Assembly (NCBI GenBank): GCA_035289425.1
Contig: DATDXC010000002.1
Span: forward strand, 474-64,473
DNA: 64,000 bases
Direction: 5' to 3'
From: Candidatus Nanoarchaeia archaeon
GTDB taxonomy: Archaea > Nanobdellota > Nanobdellia > Woesearchaeales > DATDXC01
Of this stretch, positions 18,277 to 29,245 are shown piece after piece. The position numbers and the translations under genes are program-made. Position 1 is the stretch's first letter. Every line of letters begins with the position of its first letter. Below the pieces are notes generated by a model. That model was not told the origin of the DNA and did not search any database. It saw nothing but the letters and a program-made list of their open reading frames with translations.

Positions 18277-19323
18277 TTACTTGCCATTTTTCAATGCATC
18301 AACCAACTGCTTCATCTGATTCTTGGTGCCGATAGTTATCCTGATATAGCCATCCAGCATGGGATCAGAGCTTCGGTCCCTGACCAAAACCGCCTTCTCC
18401 CGCAGCAGAGCAACCACCTCCTTAGTTTTGCTGCCAAACTTTGCCAGAAAGAAATTTGCATCTGATGGTACAGTCTTAATTTTCATTTTTTTGAATTCTT
18501 CCAGCACATATCGCTTTCCATTCTCTATCTCTTTAGTATACCAGGTGATGTAATCCTTATCTCCCAATGCTGCAATGCCTGCAGCAACAGCAGCGCAGTT
18601 GACGCTATAAGGAGAAAGCGCCTTTCCGATAGATGCTATGTTTGCGCTATTTGACACTACATACCCTAACCGCAAGCCGCCCATGCCAAAAGCCTTGGAG
18701 AATGTTTGAGTGACGATCAGGTTATCATAGGTATCAATGAGATCCAAGCAGCTGTTGCCGCTGAATTGGTTGTAAGCCTCATCAATCATCACGATGCTAT
18801 TCCGCGCTTTCTCAAGGATGGCAATAATGTCTTTCCGTGTAATAGATGTTCCGGTGGGATTGTTTGGATTGCACAATATCACCAACTTCGTCTTAGGTGA
18901 GATCTTTTTCAAGACTTTCTGAGTAGGGAAAGAAAATGATTGGGTGTATAACACCTCAATAATCTTGGCAGCCGCAACCTGTGCGTAGAACTTGAACATC
19001 GCAAAGGTAGGCATCGGAATAATGACCTCATCCCCTTTGCCCACATAGGTCTGCATTATGACTGAGATAGCTTCATCAGTTGCATTGGTAGTCAAAACCT
19101 GTTCAACCGGCTTACCAAGATATCCAGCCAGGGTAGCACGTAATTTAGAATATTCTGGATATGATGCAATATCCTCATCCCTGAGATTTCTCAAAGCTTC
19201 CAGAACTTTTGGGCTTGGTCCTACCGTATTCTCATTGAAATCAAGCCTCAGCAGGCCTTTCCTGCCGCTTGTAGGCGGCTTGTATTCGTCCATCTCGGTA
19301 ACATTCTTCTTTGGTTCTATCAT
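18277..19323 (-). CDS. hisC: histidinol-phosphate aminotransferase
   Basis: Has 'LRLDFNENTVGPSP', 'LCNPNNPTG' and a PLP-lysine region 'TFSKAFGMGGLRLGY'. It is adjacent to hisD. Confidence 0.85.
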   Translation of the reverse strand: MIEPKKNVTEMDEYKPPTSGRKGLLRLDFNENTVGPSPKVLEALRNLRDEDIASYPEYSKLRATLAGYLGKPVEQVLTTNATDEAISVIMQTYVGKGDEVIIPMPTFAMFKFYAQVAAAKIIEVLYTQSFSFPTQKVLKKISPKTKLVILCNPNNPTGTSITRKDIIAILEKARNSIVMIDEAYNQFSGNSCLDLIDTYDNLIVTQTFSKAFGMGGLRLGYVVSNSANIASIGKALSPYSVNCAAVAAGIAALGDKDYITWYTKEIENGKRYVLEEFKKMKIKTVPSDANFFLAKFGSKTKEVVALLREKAVLVRDRSSDPMLDGYIRITIGTKNQMKQLVDALKNGK

Positions 19324-20555
19324 CTTGATTCTACAGACCTCGCGTGGGCTTCGAGCCCTTCAGCTCGTGCGATAACACAGATAGTTTTCTTCAATCCAGC
19401 CAATCCTCCCTTAGTGAGTTTCTGCACAGAGGGCATCTTGACAAAATCAAGAACCGATAATCCAGCTCTATAACGAGCTGCTCCTAAGGTGGGAAGCACA
19501 TGGCTCGGTCCTGCTGCATAGTCTCCTGCTGCCTCACAGCTGTATCTCCCTACAAAGATGGCACCGGCATTCTTTACTTTGCTCAGATATCTCTCTTCCA
19601 TCAGTTCAAGATGCTCGGGAGCTCTTTCATTTATGAAATCAAAGGCTTCGTCAACATTCTGCGCAATAACGATAGCGCTATTTTTCCGTATAGATTCAGC
19701 CGCAATATCCTTGGTAGGTAGTTTCCTAAGTTGTTTCTGCAATTCGGCTTCAACAGAAGAAGCTAGTTTTCTGTTGGTCGTTACTAAAATTGCTGATGCC
19801 ATTCTATCGTGTTCAGCTTGTGCCAGCATATCAGCTGCAATCATTGCCGGATCCCCCCTCCCTGCAAATATCATGATTTCAGTTGGTCCTGCAATGAAAT
19901 CCACACCAACATCTCCATATACTAATTTTTTTGCTGCGGTAACATATATGTTGCCTGGACCAACAATTTTATCCACCTTAGGTATGGTCTGTGTCCCATA
20001 CGCCATTGCAGCAATAGCCTGAGCTCCGCCAACTTTGTAGATTGCTGATGCTCCGGCGATATCAGCTGCAACGAGAATTGCGTAGTTGCCTGGCTTAGGA
20101 GGGCTGCAGAGGACGATCTCTCTGACTCCTGCAACTTTGGCCGGAATGACTGTCATCAGGACAGTAGAAGGTAATGGATATGCTCCGGCAGGCACATAAC
20201 AGCCGACCCTATCCAGCGGAATGACCTGCTGTCCAACCGTAACCCCTTTCCGGATTGTGGTCATCCATGATTTAGGCATTTGCTTTTGCGCATAACTTCG
20301 GATATTCTTTGCAGCATCTAAGAGAGCCCGTACCACCTTAGCATCAGTCTTGGCATACGCTTCCTTGATCTCCTTCGGCGAGACTTTCATAGTATTTTTT
20401 GATAGGTTAAAACCATCATACAATTTAGTGTACTTGATCACTGCCGAATCGCCAAAGGTCTTTACTTCAGAAACAACCGGTTTTATCCTTACGAGTATGT
20501 CGTTGAGGGCAATGCCTTTGTTTTTAACAGAAAAATCTTTGCAGGTTGTTATCAT
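19320..20555 (-). CDS. hisD: histidinol dehydrogenase
   Basis: Has '[16 protein letters not shown]', '[29 protein letters not shown]' and 'AQAEHD', the signature HisD motifs. Length is 411 aa. Confidence 0.9.
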   Translation of the reverse strand: MITTCKDFSVKNKGIALNDILVRIKPVVSEVKTFGDSAVIKYTKLYDGFNLSKNTMKVSPKEIKEAYAKTDAKVVRALLDAAKNIRSYAQKQMPKSWMTTIRKGVTVGQQVIPLDRVGCYVPAGAYPLPSTVLMTVIPAKVAGVREIVLCSPPKPGNYAILVAADIAGASAIYKVGGAQAIAAMAYGTQTIPKVDKIVGPGNIYVTAAKKLVYGDVGVDFIAGPTEIMIFAGRGDPAMIAADMLAQAEHDRMASAILVTTNRKLASSVEAELQKQLRKLPTKDIAAESIRKNSAIVIAQNVDEAFDFINERAPEHLELMEERYLSKVKNAGAIFVGRYSCEAAGDYAAGPSHVLPTLGAARYRAGLSVLDFVKMPSVQKLTKGGLAGLKKTICVIARAEGLEAHARSVESR

Positions 20556-21418
20556 GGTATTACCTTGTTAAGGGGATATTCAACAATACCAGAAGCTCCT
20601 GCATCCTTGAGCTGAGGAATCAAGTCTCTCACAACCTTCTCATCTATAATAGTGTTCACATCAACCCAGCTCGGATCAGAAAGCTCGGAAATGGTTGGCT
20701 TCTGCAGGGCAGGAAGTGCCTTAAGGACTTTATCAAGATCCTTCTTCCGCACATTCATCATAAGGCCGACTTTTTCTTCTGCATTGATAGCTCCTTGCAA
20801 CAGCATGGCAATATTTTTTATTTTCTTCTGCTTTGCAGCATCCTTCCATGACCCCTTGTTTGCGATGAGCCTGGTAGTTGATTCCAACAGTGTATCGATT
20901 ATCTTCAGATTATTGGCACGCAAACTTGAGCCGGTTTCAGTGATCTCCACAATAGCGTCAGCAAGTGTCGGAGGCTTTACTTCAGTGGCTCCCCATGAGA
21001 ATTCAACCTTTGCATCCACCTTATTCTTTTTCAAATACTTCTTGGTCAGGTTGACTGCCTCAGTCGCTATCCGTTTTCCCTGCAGATCCTTCACTGACCG
21101 AATGTTGCTGTTTTCAGGCGCAGCTAAAACCCACTTCACCTTCCCTAAACCCCTTTTAGCGTACACCAGATCTGCAACTTCAATGACATCAGAGCTGTTT
21201 TCCTCAATCCAGTCCTTGCCTGTTAGTCCACAATCAAGGACTCCTTCTTCAACATATCGGGACATTTCCTGGGCCCTGATGAGCATGCATGCTATCTGAG
21301 GATCATCTATCTCAGGAAAATAGCTTCGTCCATTGATGTCTATGCTGAATCCTGCTTTCTTGAACAGCTTGACCGTACTATCCTGTAAACTGCCCTTGGG
21401 TATGCCTAGTTTTATCAT
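20552..21418 (-). CDS. hisG: ATP phosphoribosyltransferase (long form)
   Basis: Starts with '[12 protein letters not shown]' and contains '[12 protein letters not shown]' and '[14 protein letters not shown]', with a C-terminal regulatory domain. Length is 288 aa. Confidence 0.85.
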   Translation of the reverse strand: MIKLGIPKGSLQDSTVKLFKKAGFSIDINGRSYFPEIDDPQIACMLIRAQEMSRYVEEGVLDCGLTGKDWIEENSSDVIEVADLVYAKRGLGKVKWVLAAPENSNIRSVKDLQGKRIATEAVNLTKKYLKKNKVDAKVEFSWGATEVKPPTLADAIVEITETGSSLRANNLKIIDTLLESTTRLIANKGSWKDAAKQKKIKNIAMLLQGAINAEEKVGLMMNVRKKDLDKVLKALPALQKPTISELSDPSWVDVNTIIDEKVVRDLIPQLKDAGASGIVEYPLNKVIP

Positions 21419-21774
21419 TTGTACACCTTCTGCGGATCAAATACCTTTCTGCCCACAATCTTTATATTTTTTCCATCCACTTTCCTAAAAAAGCATGACT
21501 GGAATCCTTCATGGCATGCTGCGCCGCCTACTTGTTCAATTTTTATCAGTACTGCATCCTCATCACAATCGATGTATATCTCTTTTACTTTTTGGACATT
21601 TCCCGAGGTCTCTCCTTTTAGCCAGAGCTTGTTCCTCGACCTGCTGTAATACCACACCTTGCCAGTTTCCAATGTCTTTTTCCAGGCTTCCTCATTCATA
21701 TAAGCAAGCATGAGTACCTTCCCAGTCTTATAATCCTGAGCTATTGCAGGTATTAACCCGTTCTTGAAGTTCAT
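21415..21774 (-). CDS. hisI: phosphoribosyl-AMP cyclohydrolase
   Basis: Has '[25 protein letters not shown]', '[19 protein letters not shown]' and 'IDCDEDAVL'. The start is taken at the internal Met; the called ORF extends to 21852. Confidence 0.8.
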   Translation of the reverse strand: MNFKNGLIPAIAQDYKTGKVLMLAYMNEEAWKKTLETGKVWYYSRSRNKLWLKGETSGNVQKVKEIYIDCDEDAVLIKIEQVGGAACHEGFQSCFFRKVDGKNIKIVGRKVFDPQKVYK

Positions 21775-21954
21775 TTTAACCACTGAGTCAGGCTGGTATA
21801 TAACTTTTTTGTACCGCAATAATGCGGGTATATGTGTATTGCAACCAATCAAAGCAGCAAAAGAAAGCTAAACCATACCCTTCTGAGACAGAGGCACTTA
21901 AAATTTTTTCCTTACCAAAACCTTTATAAACCAAATACAAATTCTGCAAAGGTA

Positions 21955-22545
21955 ATGGTAGAGGATAAGACTAAGATAAAGAAAAAGAAGTGGGTAGATA
22001 TAATTGCGCCTAAGGCGTTCAATAATGCTTCTGTAGGACAGGTTACGGTTGAGGAATCCGGGACAGTTGTTGGAAGGACCGTAACTGCCAATTTGATGAG
22101 CCTGACCGGAGATTTTAAGCGGCAGAACACAGAAATAATCCTTAAGATTACCAGTCTTGCCGACGGAAAAGCTATAACCGAATTTCAGGGTTATAAGGTT
22201 GTGCCGTCTTCCATGAGGCGATTGGTGAGGAGGGGCAAAGAGAAGATCGAAAGCACCTTTTCTGTAGTATCTTTGGAAGGCCAAACCCTCATCATTAAGC
22301 TGTTTATCATCACCCGTTTTGCTACCAAACGATCTGTATTAGCATCATTGCGAAAAACAACTGAGCTAGCTCTCAGAAGAGAGGTTGCAAAATGTTCATT
22401 GGAGAAGCTAATCGAAGAGCTGCTTTCACGCAACCTCCAGAAGACGCTTTCCAAGGAAATTACCAAGATATATCCCTGCAAGATTCTTGAAATCAAGGAG
22501 CTTAGGGTGAAAGGCGCAGCAGCACCCGTAAAAGAAAGTATTTAA
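21955..22545 (+). CDS. rps3ae: 30S ribosomal protein S3Ae (S1e)
   Basis: Contains 'KKKKWVDIIAPKAFNNASVGQTV', which is typical of S3Ae. The start is taken at the internal Met (ATG at 21955); the called ORF begins at 21832. Confidence 0.8.
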   Translation: MVEDKTKIKKKKWVDIIAPKAFNNASVGQVTVEESGTVVGRTVTANLMSLTGDFKRQNTEIILKITSLADGKAITEFQGYKVVPSSMRRLVRRGKEKIESTFSVVSLEGQTLIIKLFIITRFATKRSVLASLRKTTELALRREVAKCSLEKLIEELLSRNLQKTLSKEITKIYPCKILEIKELRVKGAAAPVKESI

Positions 22546-22605
22546 TACTTAAATAATAATTTTAAAAAGAATGTTAATGGTTATTTTCTTATCAGAGGTG
22601 GAAAA

Positions 22606-23208
22606 ATGACACATGAAGTACCTAAGTTGCCATATGCATATAATGCCTTAGAGCCATACATAGATGAGAAAACCATGATGATACATCATGATAAGCACCA
22701 TGCTGCCTATGTGGCTAAACTTAATGCAGCGCTGGAAAAGCACTCAAATCTCCAGAACAGGCCAGCAGAAGACCTGCTTAAGGATCTTTCTGCAATACCT
22801 GAAGATATCAGGACCGCTATAAAGAATCATGGCGGCGGCCATGCGAACCATTCGTTTTTCTGGGCTTTGCTGAAGAAGGATGTGAAGTGCAGCGGTGAGA
22901 TTGAAAAAGCCATAACTAAGACATTTGGCGGTTTTGATAAGTTCAAGGAGCAGTTTTCAGCTGCTGCAGCAAACCAGTTCGGCTCTGGCTGGGCATGGCT
23001 TGTTGCCAATAAGGGAAAGCTTGAAATAATTTCCACACCAAACCAAGACTCGCCATTGAGTCAGGGAAAAACGCCTATTGTAGGCATTGATGTATGGGAG
23101 CATGCGTACTATCTGAAATATCAGAACAGAAGGCCCGAGTACATCGAAGCATTCTTCAACGTAATCAATTGGGATAAGGTCAATGAGAACCTGAAGAAAG
23201 CAAAATAA
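22606..23208 (+). CDS. sod: Fe/Mn superoxide dismutase
   Basis: Has '[32 protein letters not shown]' and '[15 protein letters not shown]', the canonical SOD motifs. Confidence 0.9.
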   Translation: MTHEVPKLPYAYNALEPYIDEKTMMIHHDKHHAAYVAKLNAALEKHSNLQNRPAEDLLKDLSAIPEDIRTAIKNHGGGHANHSFFWALLKKDVKCSGEIEKAITKTFGGFDKFKEQFSAAAANQFGSGWAWLVANKGKLEIISTPNQDSPLSQGKTPIVGIDVWEHAYYLKYQNRRPEYIEAFFNVINWDKVNENLKKAK

Positions 23209-23276
23209 GCATCTTTTTCTTTTTTTTGCAAAATTTTTTTCGCTTACGTAAAATCCTTTCTTGCATTAGCAATAAG

Positions 23277-23443
23277 AGGCTCTGTAGAAAATATAGGTTA
23301 GCAGCCTTAAGTCAAACCTAATCCAATCAAATAGCGAACTGACAAGAGGGATGGCTCCTTCGGAGAATGTCAGTTATGGTACTTCAGAATGAGGGGTTTG
23401 AAGCTGCTAACCCGAATGATAATGAGACTTTCTACAGAGCCGC
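23277..23443. ncRNA. candidate structured ncRNA (copy A of a repeated element; strand undetermined, + favoured by a UUCG-type loop)
   Basis: There is a perfect 13-bp outer helix GGCTCTGTAGAAA/TTTCTACAGAGCC (23278-23290 with 23429-23441) and a perfect 10-bp helix GGTTAGCAGC/GCTGCTAACC. A 7-bp helix TCAAACC/GGTTTGA and a core hairpin AACTGACA-[AGAGGGATGGCTCCTTCGGAGAA]-TGTCAGTT are also present. Confidence 0.4.
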
Positions 23444-23499
23444 AATAAGAATAAAATTTAAATACTGGAGCTAATTTTCCATCAGTTGAAAAACACGTT

Positions 23500-24789
23500 A
23501 TGGAACCTAAAAAATTCTTGTTTATTTCTTGGGATGGATTAATAGGCGACATAGCTTGGCAGATCGCTAAGGAAGGCCATGCAGTCAAATATTATATAAA
23601 GAGTGCTGAGGAAAAAGATGTGGCTGACGGTTTTGTACCAAAAGTTGATTCTTGGGAGCCTGAAGTTGACTGGGCAGATGTCATTGTCTTTGATGATGTG
23701 CTTGGTCAGGGCAAGATAGCAGCAGAGCTCAGAAAAAAAGGCAAAAAAGTGATTGGAGGGACTCCCTACACCGATAAGCTCGAGGATGACCGTGCTTTCG
23801 GCCAGGAAGAGCTGAAAAAAGTGGGAATTTCTATCATCCCCTATTCTGATTTCACTTCTTTTGATGAGGCTATAGAATTCGTCGAGAAGAATCCTGGTAG
23901 GTATGTCATCAAGCCATCAGGCCAGGCGCAGAACCTTAAGGGCCTGTTGTTTGTCGGAGAAGATGAGGTAGGCAAGGACGTGCTCCAGGTATTGCATGAC
24001 TACCAGAAAGCATGGGCAAAAAAAATTCCCCAGTTCCAGCTTCAGAAGAAAATTTCAGGCGTTGAAGTGGCAGTAGGAGCTTTCTTCAACGGCAAAGAGT
24101 TCGTGTATCCCATCAATGTAAATTTTGAGCACAAAAAGCTATTTCCCGGAAACTTAGGACCATCAACCGGAGAGATGGGAACTACCATGTATTGGTCAGG
24201 TTCCAACAAGATTTTCAGCAACACCCTGAAAAAGTTCGAAGCAAAGCTAGCAGAAGAGGGATATGTGGGCTATATAGACCTCAATTGCATAGTGAACAGC
24301 AACGGCATCTATCCGCTTGAGTTCACTGCCCGTTTCGGATATCCAACTATAAGCATACAGCAGGAAGGCATGATAAATGGCATCGGCACTTTCTTCTATG
24401 AACTTGCAAATGGAATCGCAACCTCATTAAAAGTCAAGAGCGGATTCCAGATTGGTATACGGATTGTAGTGCCTCCATTTCCGTTTACTGACAAGGAAAC
24501 ATTCAAAGTCAAGTCTAAAGACTCAGTGATATACTTTACGAAACCGACTGATGGGGTGCATATCGAGGACGTCAAGCTGGTCAATGATGAATGGGTGGTT
24601 ACCGGTACTGCCGGTGTTGTATTGATTGTTTGCGGGACAGGATCAACGATGAAGCAAGCCCAGGCCCATGCTTATAATCGCATCAAGAATATCATCATTC
24701 CCCATATGTACTATCGGACGGATATTGGAGACAGATGGTATGAGGATTCTGATAAGCTCCATTCATGGGGTTATTTAAGAGAACTCTAA
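23500..24789 (+). CDS. purD: phosphoribosylamine-glycine ligase (divergent PurD, ATP-grasp)
   Basis: 'GPSTGEMG' corresponds to PurD 'GPNTGGMG'. 'LEFTARFGYPT' corresponds to 'EFNCRFGDPE', and the C-terminus 'VVTGTAGVVLIVCGTGSTMKQAQAHAY' matches the PurD C-domain. The N-domain is divergent. Confidence 0.7.
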   Translation: MEPKKFLFISWDGLIGDIAWQIAKEGHAVKYYIKSAEEKDVADGFVPKVDSWEPEVDWADVIVFDDVLGQGKIAAELRKKGKKVIGGTPYTDKLEDDRAFGQEELKKVGISIIPYSDFTSFDEAIEFVEKNPGRYVIKPSGQAQNLKGLLFVGEDEVGKDVLQVLHDYQKAWAKKIPQFQLQKKISGVEVAVGAFFNGKEFVYPINVNFEHKKLFPGNLGPSTGEMGTTMYWSGSNKIFSNTLKKFEAKLAEEGYVGYIDLNCIVNSNGIYPLEFTARFGYPTISIQQEGMINGIGTFFYELANGIATSLKVKSGFQIGIRIVVPPFPFTDKETFKVKSKDSVIYFTKPTDGVHIEDVKLVNDEWVVTGTAGVVLIVCGTGSTMKQAQAHAYNRIKNIIIPHMYYRTDIGDRWYEDSDKLHSWGYLREL

Positions 24790-25158
24790 CTAATCTCCGG
24801 GATGGCAAACTCATTTTTAGAAGGTCCTATAATGATTTATGAAAAGTCTCATGCAGTTTCTTATGGTACTTTTCTGCCTGTTCAACACTCATAGCTTCTA
24901 ATTCTTCTCTTGTAGATAGTTTCATGTATATCACCAGTTGATATGGAATGGTGTCCTCCTTATTAGCTTTTGGAACTGAGTGCGGGTGAAAATGGGGTAA
25001 AATAGGTTATAATAACTATTTTCAAACAACAGTTTAGTGCAAATATTTTATTAAGAAAAGCCAGAACACATACGCTCCTAACAAGAGAATCGCCAGCTTG
25101 ATGAGCCAAAATAATAGCCAGAATCTGGTTTGCGGCTTCTTAAGCCACTTGACGAACT

Positions 25159-25779
25159 TCATTTTTTCTTTTTCTTGATGCGTTTCATCCTGAACGTGTT
25201 TTCCCTTTCAACCTCCTGAAGACGCATCTGGATGAATGCCTTGGTATGATCCATACGGGGGATAACCTCAAATTCAAGTGCATTTACCCTCCTTTTTGTC
25301 TTTTCGATTTCCCGCAGAAGTTTCCGCATGCTTGCCTCGACTTCCGCTGCCCTGATAATTTTTTCGACGACCTTTTCGTATCCTTCAGCAGCTTCATCAA
25401 CCGCAGCTGATGTGTATACCCCATATCCCCTCTCTAATCCGGACTTCTGCAGCTGTATCTCGCCGATTGAAGGAACAACAACTCCCATGATATTTTTTCG
25501 GCCAACCTCAATTTCAGGTATCTGTGCCACAGCCAGGGCTATTGACTTTATCTTTAGATCAGATTCTATGATGCGCGCCATGTTCATCTTTTCGATTGCC
25601 TGCTTGTAATCTTCAGTGATCTCACTGCGAAGATTCTTTACCTTCTTAAGGATCTCAAAAAAGTCAAGGATAAGGCCGTCGCGCTTTTTCTTGAGAAGAT
25701 TATACCCATCTTTAGCTAGCTTGATGCGCTTCTTAAGCTCCATCAATTCGCTTCGGGTGGGTTTAATATTTTCTGCCAT
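25159..25779 (-). CDS. atpD: A-type ATP synthase subunit D
   Basis: Starts with 'IKPTRSELMELKKRIKLAKDGYNLLKKKRDGLI', typical of V/A-ATPase subunit D. It is the last gene of the operon. Confidence 0.85.
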   Translation of the reverse strand: MAENIKPTRSELMELKKRIKLAKDGYNLLKKKRDGLILDFFEILKKVKNLRSEITEDYKQAIEKMNMARIIESDLKIKSIALAVAQIPEIEVGRKNIMGVVVPSIGEIQLQKSGLERGYGVYTSAAVDEAAEGYEKVVEKIIRAAEVEASMRKLLREIEKTKRRVNALEFEVIPRMDHTKAFIQMRLQEVERENTFRMKRIKKKKK

Positions 25780-25833
25780 TTGACGAGCTAAGCTAATTTA
25801 ACAATAATTTCTTTTTCAGTGTACTTGATGAGC

Positions 25834-27207
25834 TCATGCAGGAGCACTTTTGTAATATTTCTTCTTTAACTCAGGAGACAGCCGACCAAGCTCTTCAGGA
25901 GGTATTGACGAGAACAAATTCCACCCTATTTGAAGCGTGTCCAGGATGCCTCTGTCTTCATCCCTTCCCTGGGTGACGAATTTCTCCTCAAATGCTTTTG
26001 CAAAATGTAGCAGTCTTTTATCGCGGGTGGATAACGCTTCTTCTCCAACAATTGCCACCAGCCCACGAAGATCCCTGCCTTCTGCATATCCTGCATACAA
26101 CTGATCGCTGACTGCCTTGTGATCTTCCCTTGTCTTTGTTGCTCCAATGCCTAAGTTCATAAGTCTTGAGAGGCTGGGTAGCACATCAATAGGCGGATAA
26201 ATGCCATTGCGGTGCAGTTCTCTGGACAAAACTATCTGTCCTTCGGTGATGTATCCGGTGAGATCCGGTATCGGATGGGTTATATCATCACCCATCATCG
26301 TAAGGATGGGTATCTGGGTGATTGAACCTTTCTTGCCTTTGATGACGCCTGCCCGTTCATAAATTTGCGCAAGATCAGTGTACATATATCCTGGGTATCC
26401 TCTTCTTCCAGGAACTTCCTCTCTTGCAGCGCCAATTTCTCGGAGACTTTCACAATAGTTAGTCATGTCAGTCAAGATAACTAAAACATGGTAGTCTTTC
26501 TCAAATGCAAGATATTCTGCTGCAGTTAAGGCCATACGCGGCGTCACGATCCTCTCCACAGCAGGATCATCTGCCAGATTAAGGAACACTATGGCTCTCG
26601 ACAGAGCTCCTGTCTTTTCGAAGTCCTTGATGAAGTATTGTGCTTCTTCATTGGTAATGCCCATGGCGGCAAATACAACAACGAAGTTTTCTCCTTTTCC
26701 CAAGACCCTGGCTTGTCTGGCCATCTGGAGCGCAATCTCGTTATGAGGCAGGCCTGATCCTGAAAATATGGGCAGTTTCTGTCCCCTGACGAGGGTATTG
26801 GTAGCATCTATGGTCGAAATTCCTGATTGGATGAAATCAGATGGCGAAGCTCTGGAACAAGGGTTGATGGCAGCACCAATAATGTCCATCCTTTTTTCTG
26901 GAATAAGCTCTGCTTTGCCGTCAATGGGTTTTCCTGCCCCATTAAAAATCCTGCCAAGCATGCTTGCAGAAACACCTAACTTCAGCGTGTCTCCCATAAA
27001 CTTTACTTTGGCATCCTTGCCTATACCTGCTGTTCCTTCAAATATCTGGACAACGACCAAATCTTCTGAAGTATCGAGAACCTGGCCATTCTTGATTTCA
27101 CCAGAATCAAGCCTGATTTGAACGATGTCTGCATATCCAACAGGTTCAGTCTTCTCAAGAAATATCAAAGGTCCTGCTATCCGCGTGATTGTTTTGTATT
27201 CTTTCAT
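25834..27207 (-). CDS. atpB: A-type ATP synthase subunit B
   Basis: A 457 aa protein with '[12 protein letters not shown]' and a P-loop-like 'GSGLPHNE'. It sits immediately downstream of atpA. Confidence 0.95.
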   Translation of the reverse strand: MKEYKTITRIAGPLIFLEKTEPVGYADIVQIRLDSGEIKNGQVLDTSEDLVVVQIFEGTAGIGKDAKVKFMGDTLKLGVSASMLGRIFNGAGKPIDGKAELIPEKRMDIIGAAINPCSRASPSDFIQSGISTIDATNTLVRGQKLPIFSGSGLPHNEIALQMARQARVLGKGENFVVVFAAMGITNEEAQYFIKDFEKTGALSRAIVFLNLADDPAVERIVTPRMALTAAEYLAFEKDYHVLVILTDMTNYCESLREIGAAREEVPGRRGYPGYMYTDLAQIYERAGVIKGKKGSITQIPILTMMGDDITHPIPDLTGYITEGQIVLSRELHRNGIYPPIDVLPSLSRLMNLGIGATKTREDHKAVSDQLYAGYAEGRDLRGLVAIVGEEALSTRDKRLLHFAKAFEEKFVTQGRDEDRGILDTLQIGWNLFSSIPPEELGRLSPELKKKYYKSAPA

Positions 27208-28955
27208 GGTGATACCCCTGCAAATTCTTTTTTCATGCTTTCTTCAACACCTTTGAGCAATGTTTCATAATCCTTCTCATATTTGGAGTTTGCAATCTCA
27301 TTCTTTGCCTTTATGCTGAGTATCTTCTGCACCCTGACGCCTTTTTCCAATGCCTCTTCTCCCAGGCTCTTGAACAGCAGGATTGTTTTCATGATATGCC
27401 TAGTTTTAGGGAGCTGGCAGAAACTATCAACTTCATGGAAGGCATTCTGCTGCAGGAAAAATTCCCGTATCAATCTAGCAACTTCAATAGTCAATTGCTG
27501 TTTTTCCGGAAGTGCATCAGAACCAACCAGTTGCACAATCTGCAAAAGTTTCTCCTCTTCCTGCAAAATGCTCATGCATTGCCCGATCAGGCCACGATAA
27601 TCCTTGCCGACTTCTTTTTCGAACCAGGGTGACAGCGTATTCATATACAGGCTGTAGCTCGTAAGCCAATTGATGCTGGGGAAATGCCTCCGCTGAGCAA
27701 GCTTAGCATCCAGTGCCCAGAATGTTTTAGTAACTCTCAATGTATTTTGTGTAACAGGTTCAGAAAAATCTCCACCCGGAGGAGAGACAGCTCCTATGAT
27801 GGTGACAGATCCCTCACCAGCCTTATTGAGGGGAACGACCCTGCCTGCACGCTCATAAAACTGTGCTAATCTTGTAGCCAGGTACGCTGGATAGCCTTCT
27901 TCGCCAGGCATCTCTTCAAGACGTGAAGAAATCTCCCTCATCGCTTCAGCCCAGCGGGATGTCGAATCAGCCATCATTGCAACATTATACCCCATATCCC
28001 GGTAGTATTCTGCCAAGGTAACTCCAGTATAGACAGACGCTTCACGCGCAGCAACTGGCATGTTGGATGTATTTGCGATAAGTATAGTCCGATTCATGAG
28101 CGGTCTTCCACTTCTAGGGTCCTTCAATCCAGGAAACTCAGTCAGCACTTCTGTCATTTCATTTCCTCGCTCGCCACAACCGACATATACGATGACATCT
28201 GCATCGCAGAATTTTGCAAGAGTCTGCTGCGTTACGGTTTTTCCTGCGCCGAATGGCCCGGGAATAGCAGCAACACCACCCTTGGCTAATGGAAACAAAG
28301 CATCAAATATCCTTTGGCCAGTAATAAGGGGGATTGTGGGATCCAGTTTCTTGGCAACCGGCCTTGGAATTCTGACAGGCCATACCTGTTTGAGAGTCAG
28401 CAGCGTGCCATTGTCAAGTTCGCCAATAGAATCATTAATGGTAAAACTTCCAGATGAAATCTTGGAAATGGTTCCCGAAACTCCTGGAGGCACCATTATG
28501 CGATGCACAAAACCAGGCGTCTCTGCAACTTCTCCAATCACAGTCCCTCCATGGACTGTATCTCCTTTCTTTGTCAATGCCTTGAATTCCCATTTCTTTG
28601 TTTGATTTAGTCCTGGAGCTTCAAGTCCTCTGAATATGTAATCACCCTGTTCCTTCCTGAGAATCTCCAGCGGCCTTTGGATGCCATCATAAATGCTGGT
28701 GAGCAGCCCTGGTCCGAGTTCCACAGACAAGGGCTTTCCGGTATTGATCACAGGCTCCCCCGGCTTTATCCCCGAAGTATCCTCATAAACCTGGATTATG
28801 ACATTCTCGCCATCTATCTGGATCACTTCACCCATTAGATTTTCTTTTCCGACCCTCATGACGTCATACATGTTGGCTTTTATGCCCCGCGCTATGACCA
28901 CCGGTCCTGCTATCCGATATAATGTTCCATTTTCCATTTTGCTCAACCCTTCCAT
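27204..28955 (-). CDS. atpA: A-type ATP synthase catalytic subunit A
   Basis: A 583 aa protein with the Walker A motif 'GPFGAGKTV' and the non-homologous region typical of A/V-type A subunits. Confidence 0.95.
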   Translation of the reverse strand: MEGLSKMENGTLYRIAGPVVIARGIKANMYDVMRVGKENLMGEVIQIDGENVIIQVYEDTSGIKPGEPVINTGKPLSVELGPGLLTSIYDGIQRPLEILRKEQGDYIFRGLEAPGLNQTKKWEFKALTKKGDTVHGGTVIGEVAETPGFVHRIMVPPGVSGTISKISSGSFTINDSIGELDNGTLLTLKQVWPVRIPRPVAKKLDPTIPLITGQRIFDALFPLAKGGVAAIPGPFGAGKTVTQQTLAKFCDADVIVYVGCGERGNEMTEVLTEFPGLKDPRSGRPLMNRTILIANTSNMPVAAREASVYTGVTLAEYYRDMGYNVAMMADSTSRWAEAMREISSRLEEMPGEEGYPAYLATRLAQFYERAGRVVPLNKAGEGSVTIIGAVSPPGGDFSEPVTQNTLRVTKTFWALDAKLAQRRHFPSINWLTSYSLYMNTLSPWFEKEVGKDYRGLIGQCMSILQEEEKLLQIVQLVGSDALPEKQQLTIEVARLIREFFLQQNAFHEVDSFCQLPKTRHIMKTILLFKSLGEEALEKGVRVQKILSIKAKNEIANSKYEKDYETLLKGVEESMKKEFAGVSP

Positions 28956-29245
28956 AAGTCAACACCTATAGATTTCATTATCAATTTCCGGATGTCTTCG
29001 CCGGATGCTTCTGTTGAAAGCGTGATAAAGACCGGACTTACGCAATCCTCAATCTCACTTCTATCATGGCTGTCTATGCTTGCTAGCACCTTGTCTTCTG
29101 CTATGATCAATCCAATTGAAGCATCTTTCCGCAGCACATGAATGGTATCCAAAACATCATCATGCGCATGCACGGTCTTTCTGATTCCGGCGAGCTGAAA
29201 ACCGAGCGTAAATGCTTCGCTTCCCAACACAGCTACTTGTTTCAA
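28943..29245 (-). CDS. atpF: A-type ATP synthase subunit F
   Basis: A 100 aa protein, 'MKQVAVLGSEAFTLGFQLAGI', in the position expected within the operon. Confidence 0.8.
   Translation of the reverse strand: MKQVAVLGSEAFTLGFQLAGIRKTVHAHDDVLDTIHVLRKDASIGLIIAEDKVLASIDSHDRSEIEDCVSPVFITLSTEASGEDIRKLIMKSIGVDLWKG

Noticed and set aside
18085-18465. A 126 aa plus-strand ORF.
   Set aside because: It overlaps the Kazal-like gene start and the hisC end on the opposite strand. It is low-complexity.
20652-21299. A 215 aa plus-strand ORF.
   Set aside because: It is antisense to hisG. It has no motif and a Ser/Phe-rich shadow translation.
23277-23443. The idea that element A is the SRP RNA, RNase P RNA, a hammerhead ribozyme or a C/D box sRNA.
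   Set aside because: At 167 nt it is too short for archaeal SRP RNA (~300 nt), and it lacks the helix-8 AGCAG/CAGG and GNAR signatures. No P4 'AGGAAAGUCC' is present. The CUGACAA core has A at the position where a hammerhead needs G8. There is no RUGAUGA/CUGA box pair with the right spacing.
17206-23443. The idea that the two repeated elements are MITEs, small DNA transposons with terminal inverted repeats.
   Set aside because: The copies differ in helix sequence while keeping complementarity, which is covariation. MITE copies would be near-identical along their length. No target-site duplications are evident.
24827-24925. A 32 aa minus-strand ORF (MKLSTREELEAMSVEQAEKYHKKLHETFHKSL) downstream of atpD.
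   Set aside because: It could be a genuine small protein at the end of the atp operon. It has no ribosome-binding site at proper spacing, no motif and is very short. It is left unannotated.
28060-28605. A 181 aa plus-strand ORF.
   Set aside because: It is antisense to atpA.
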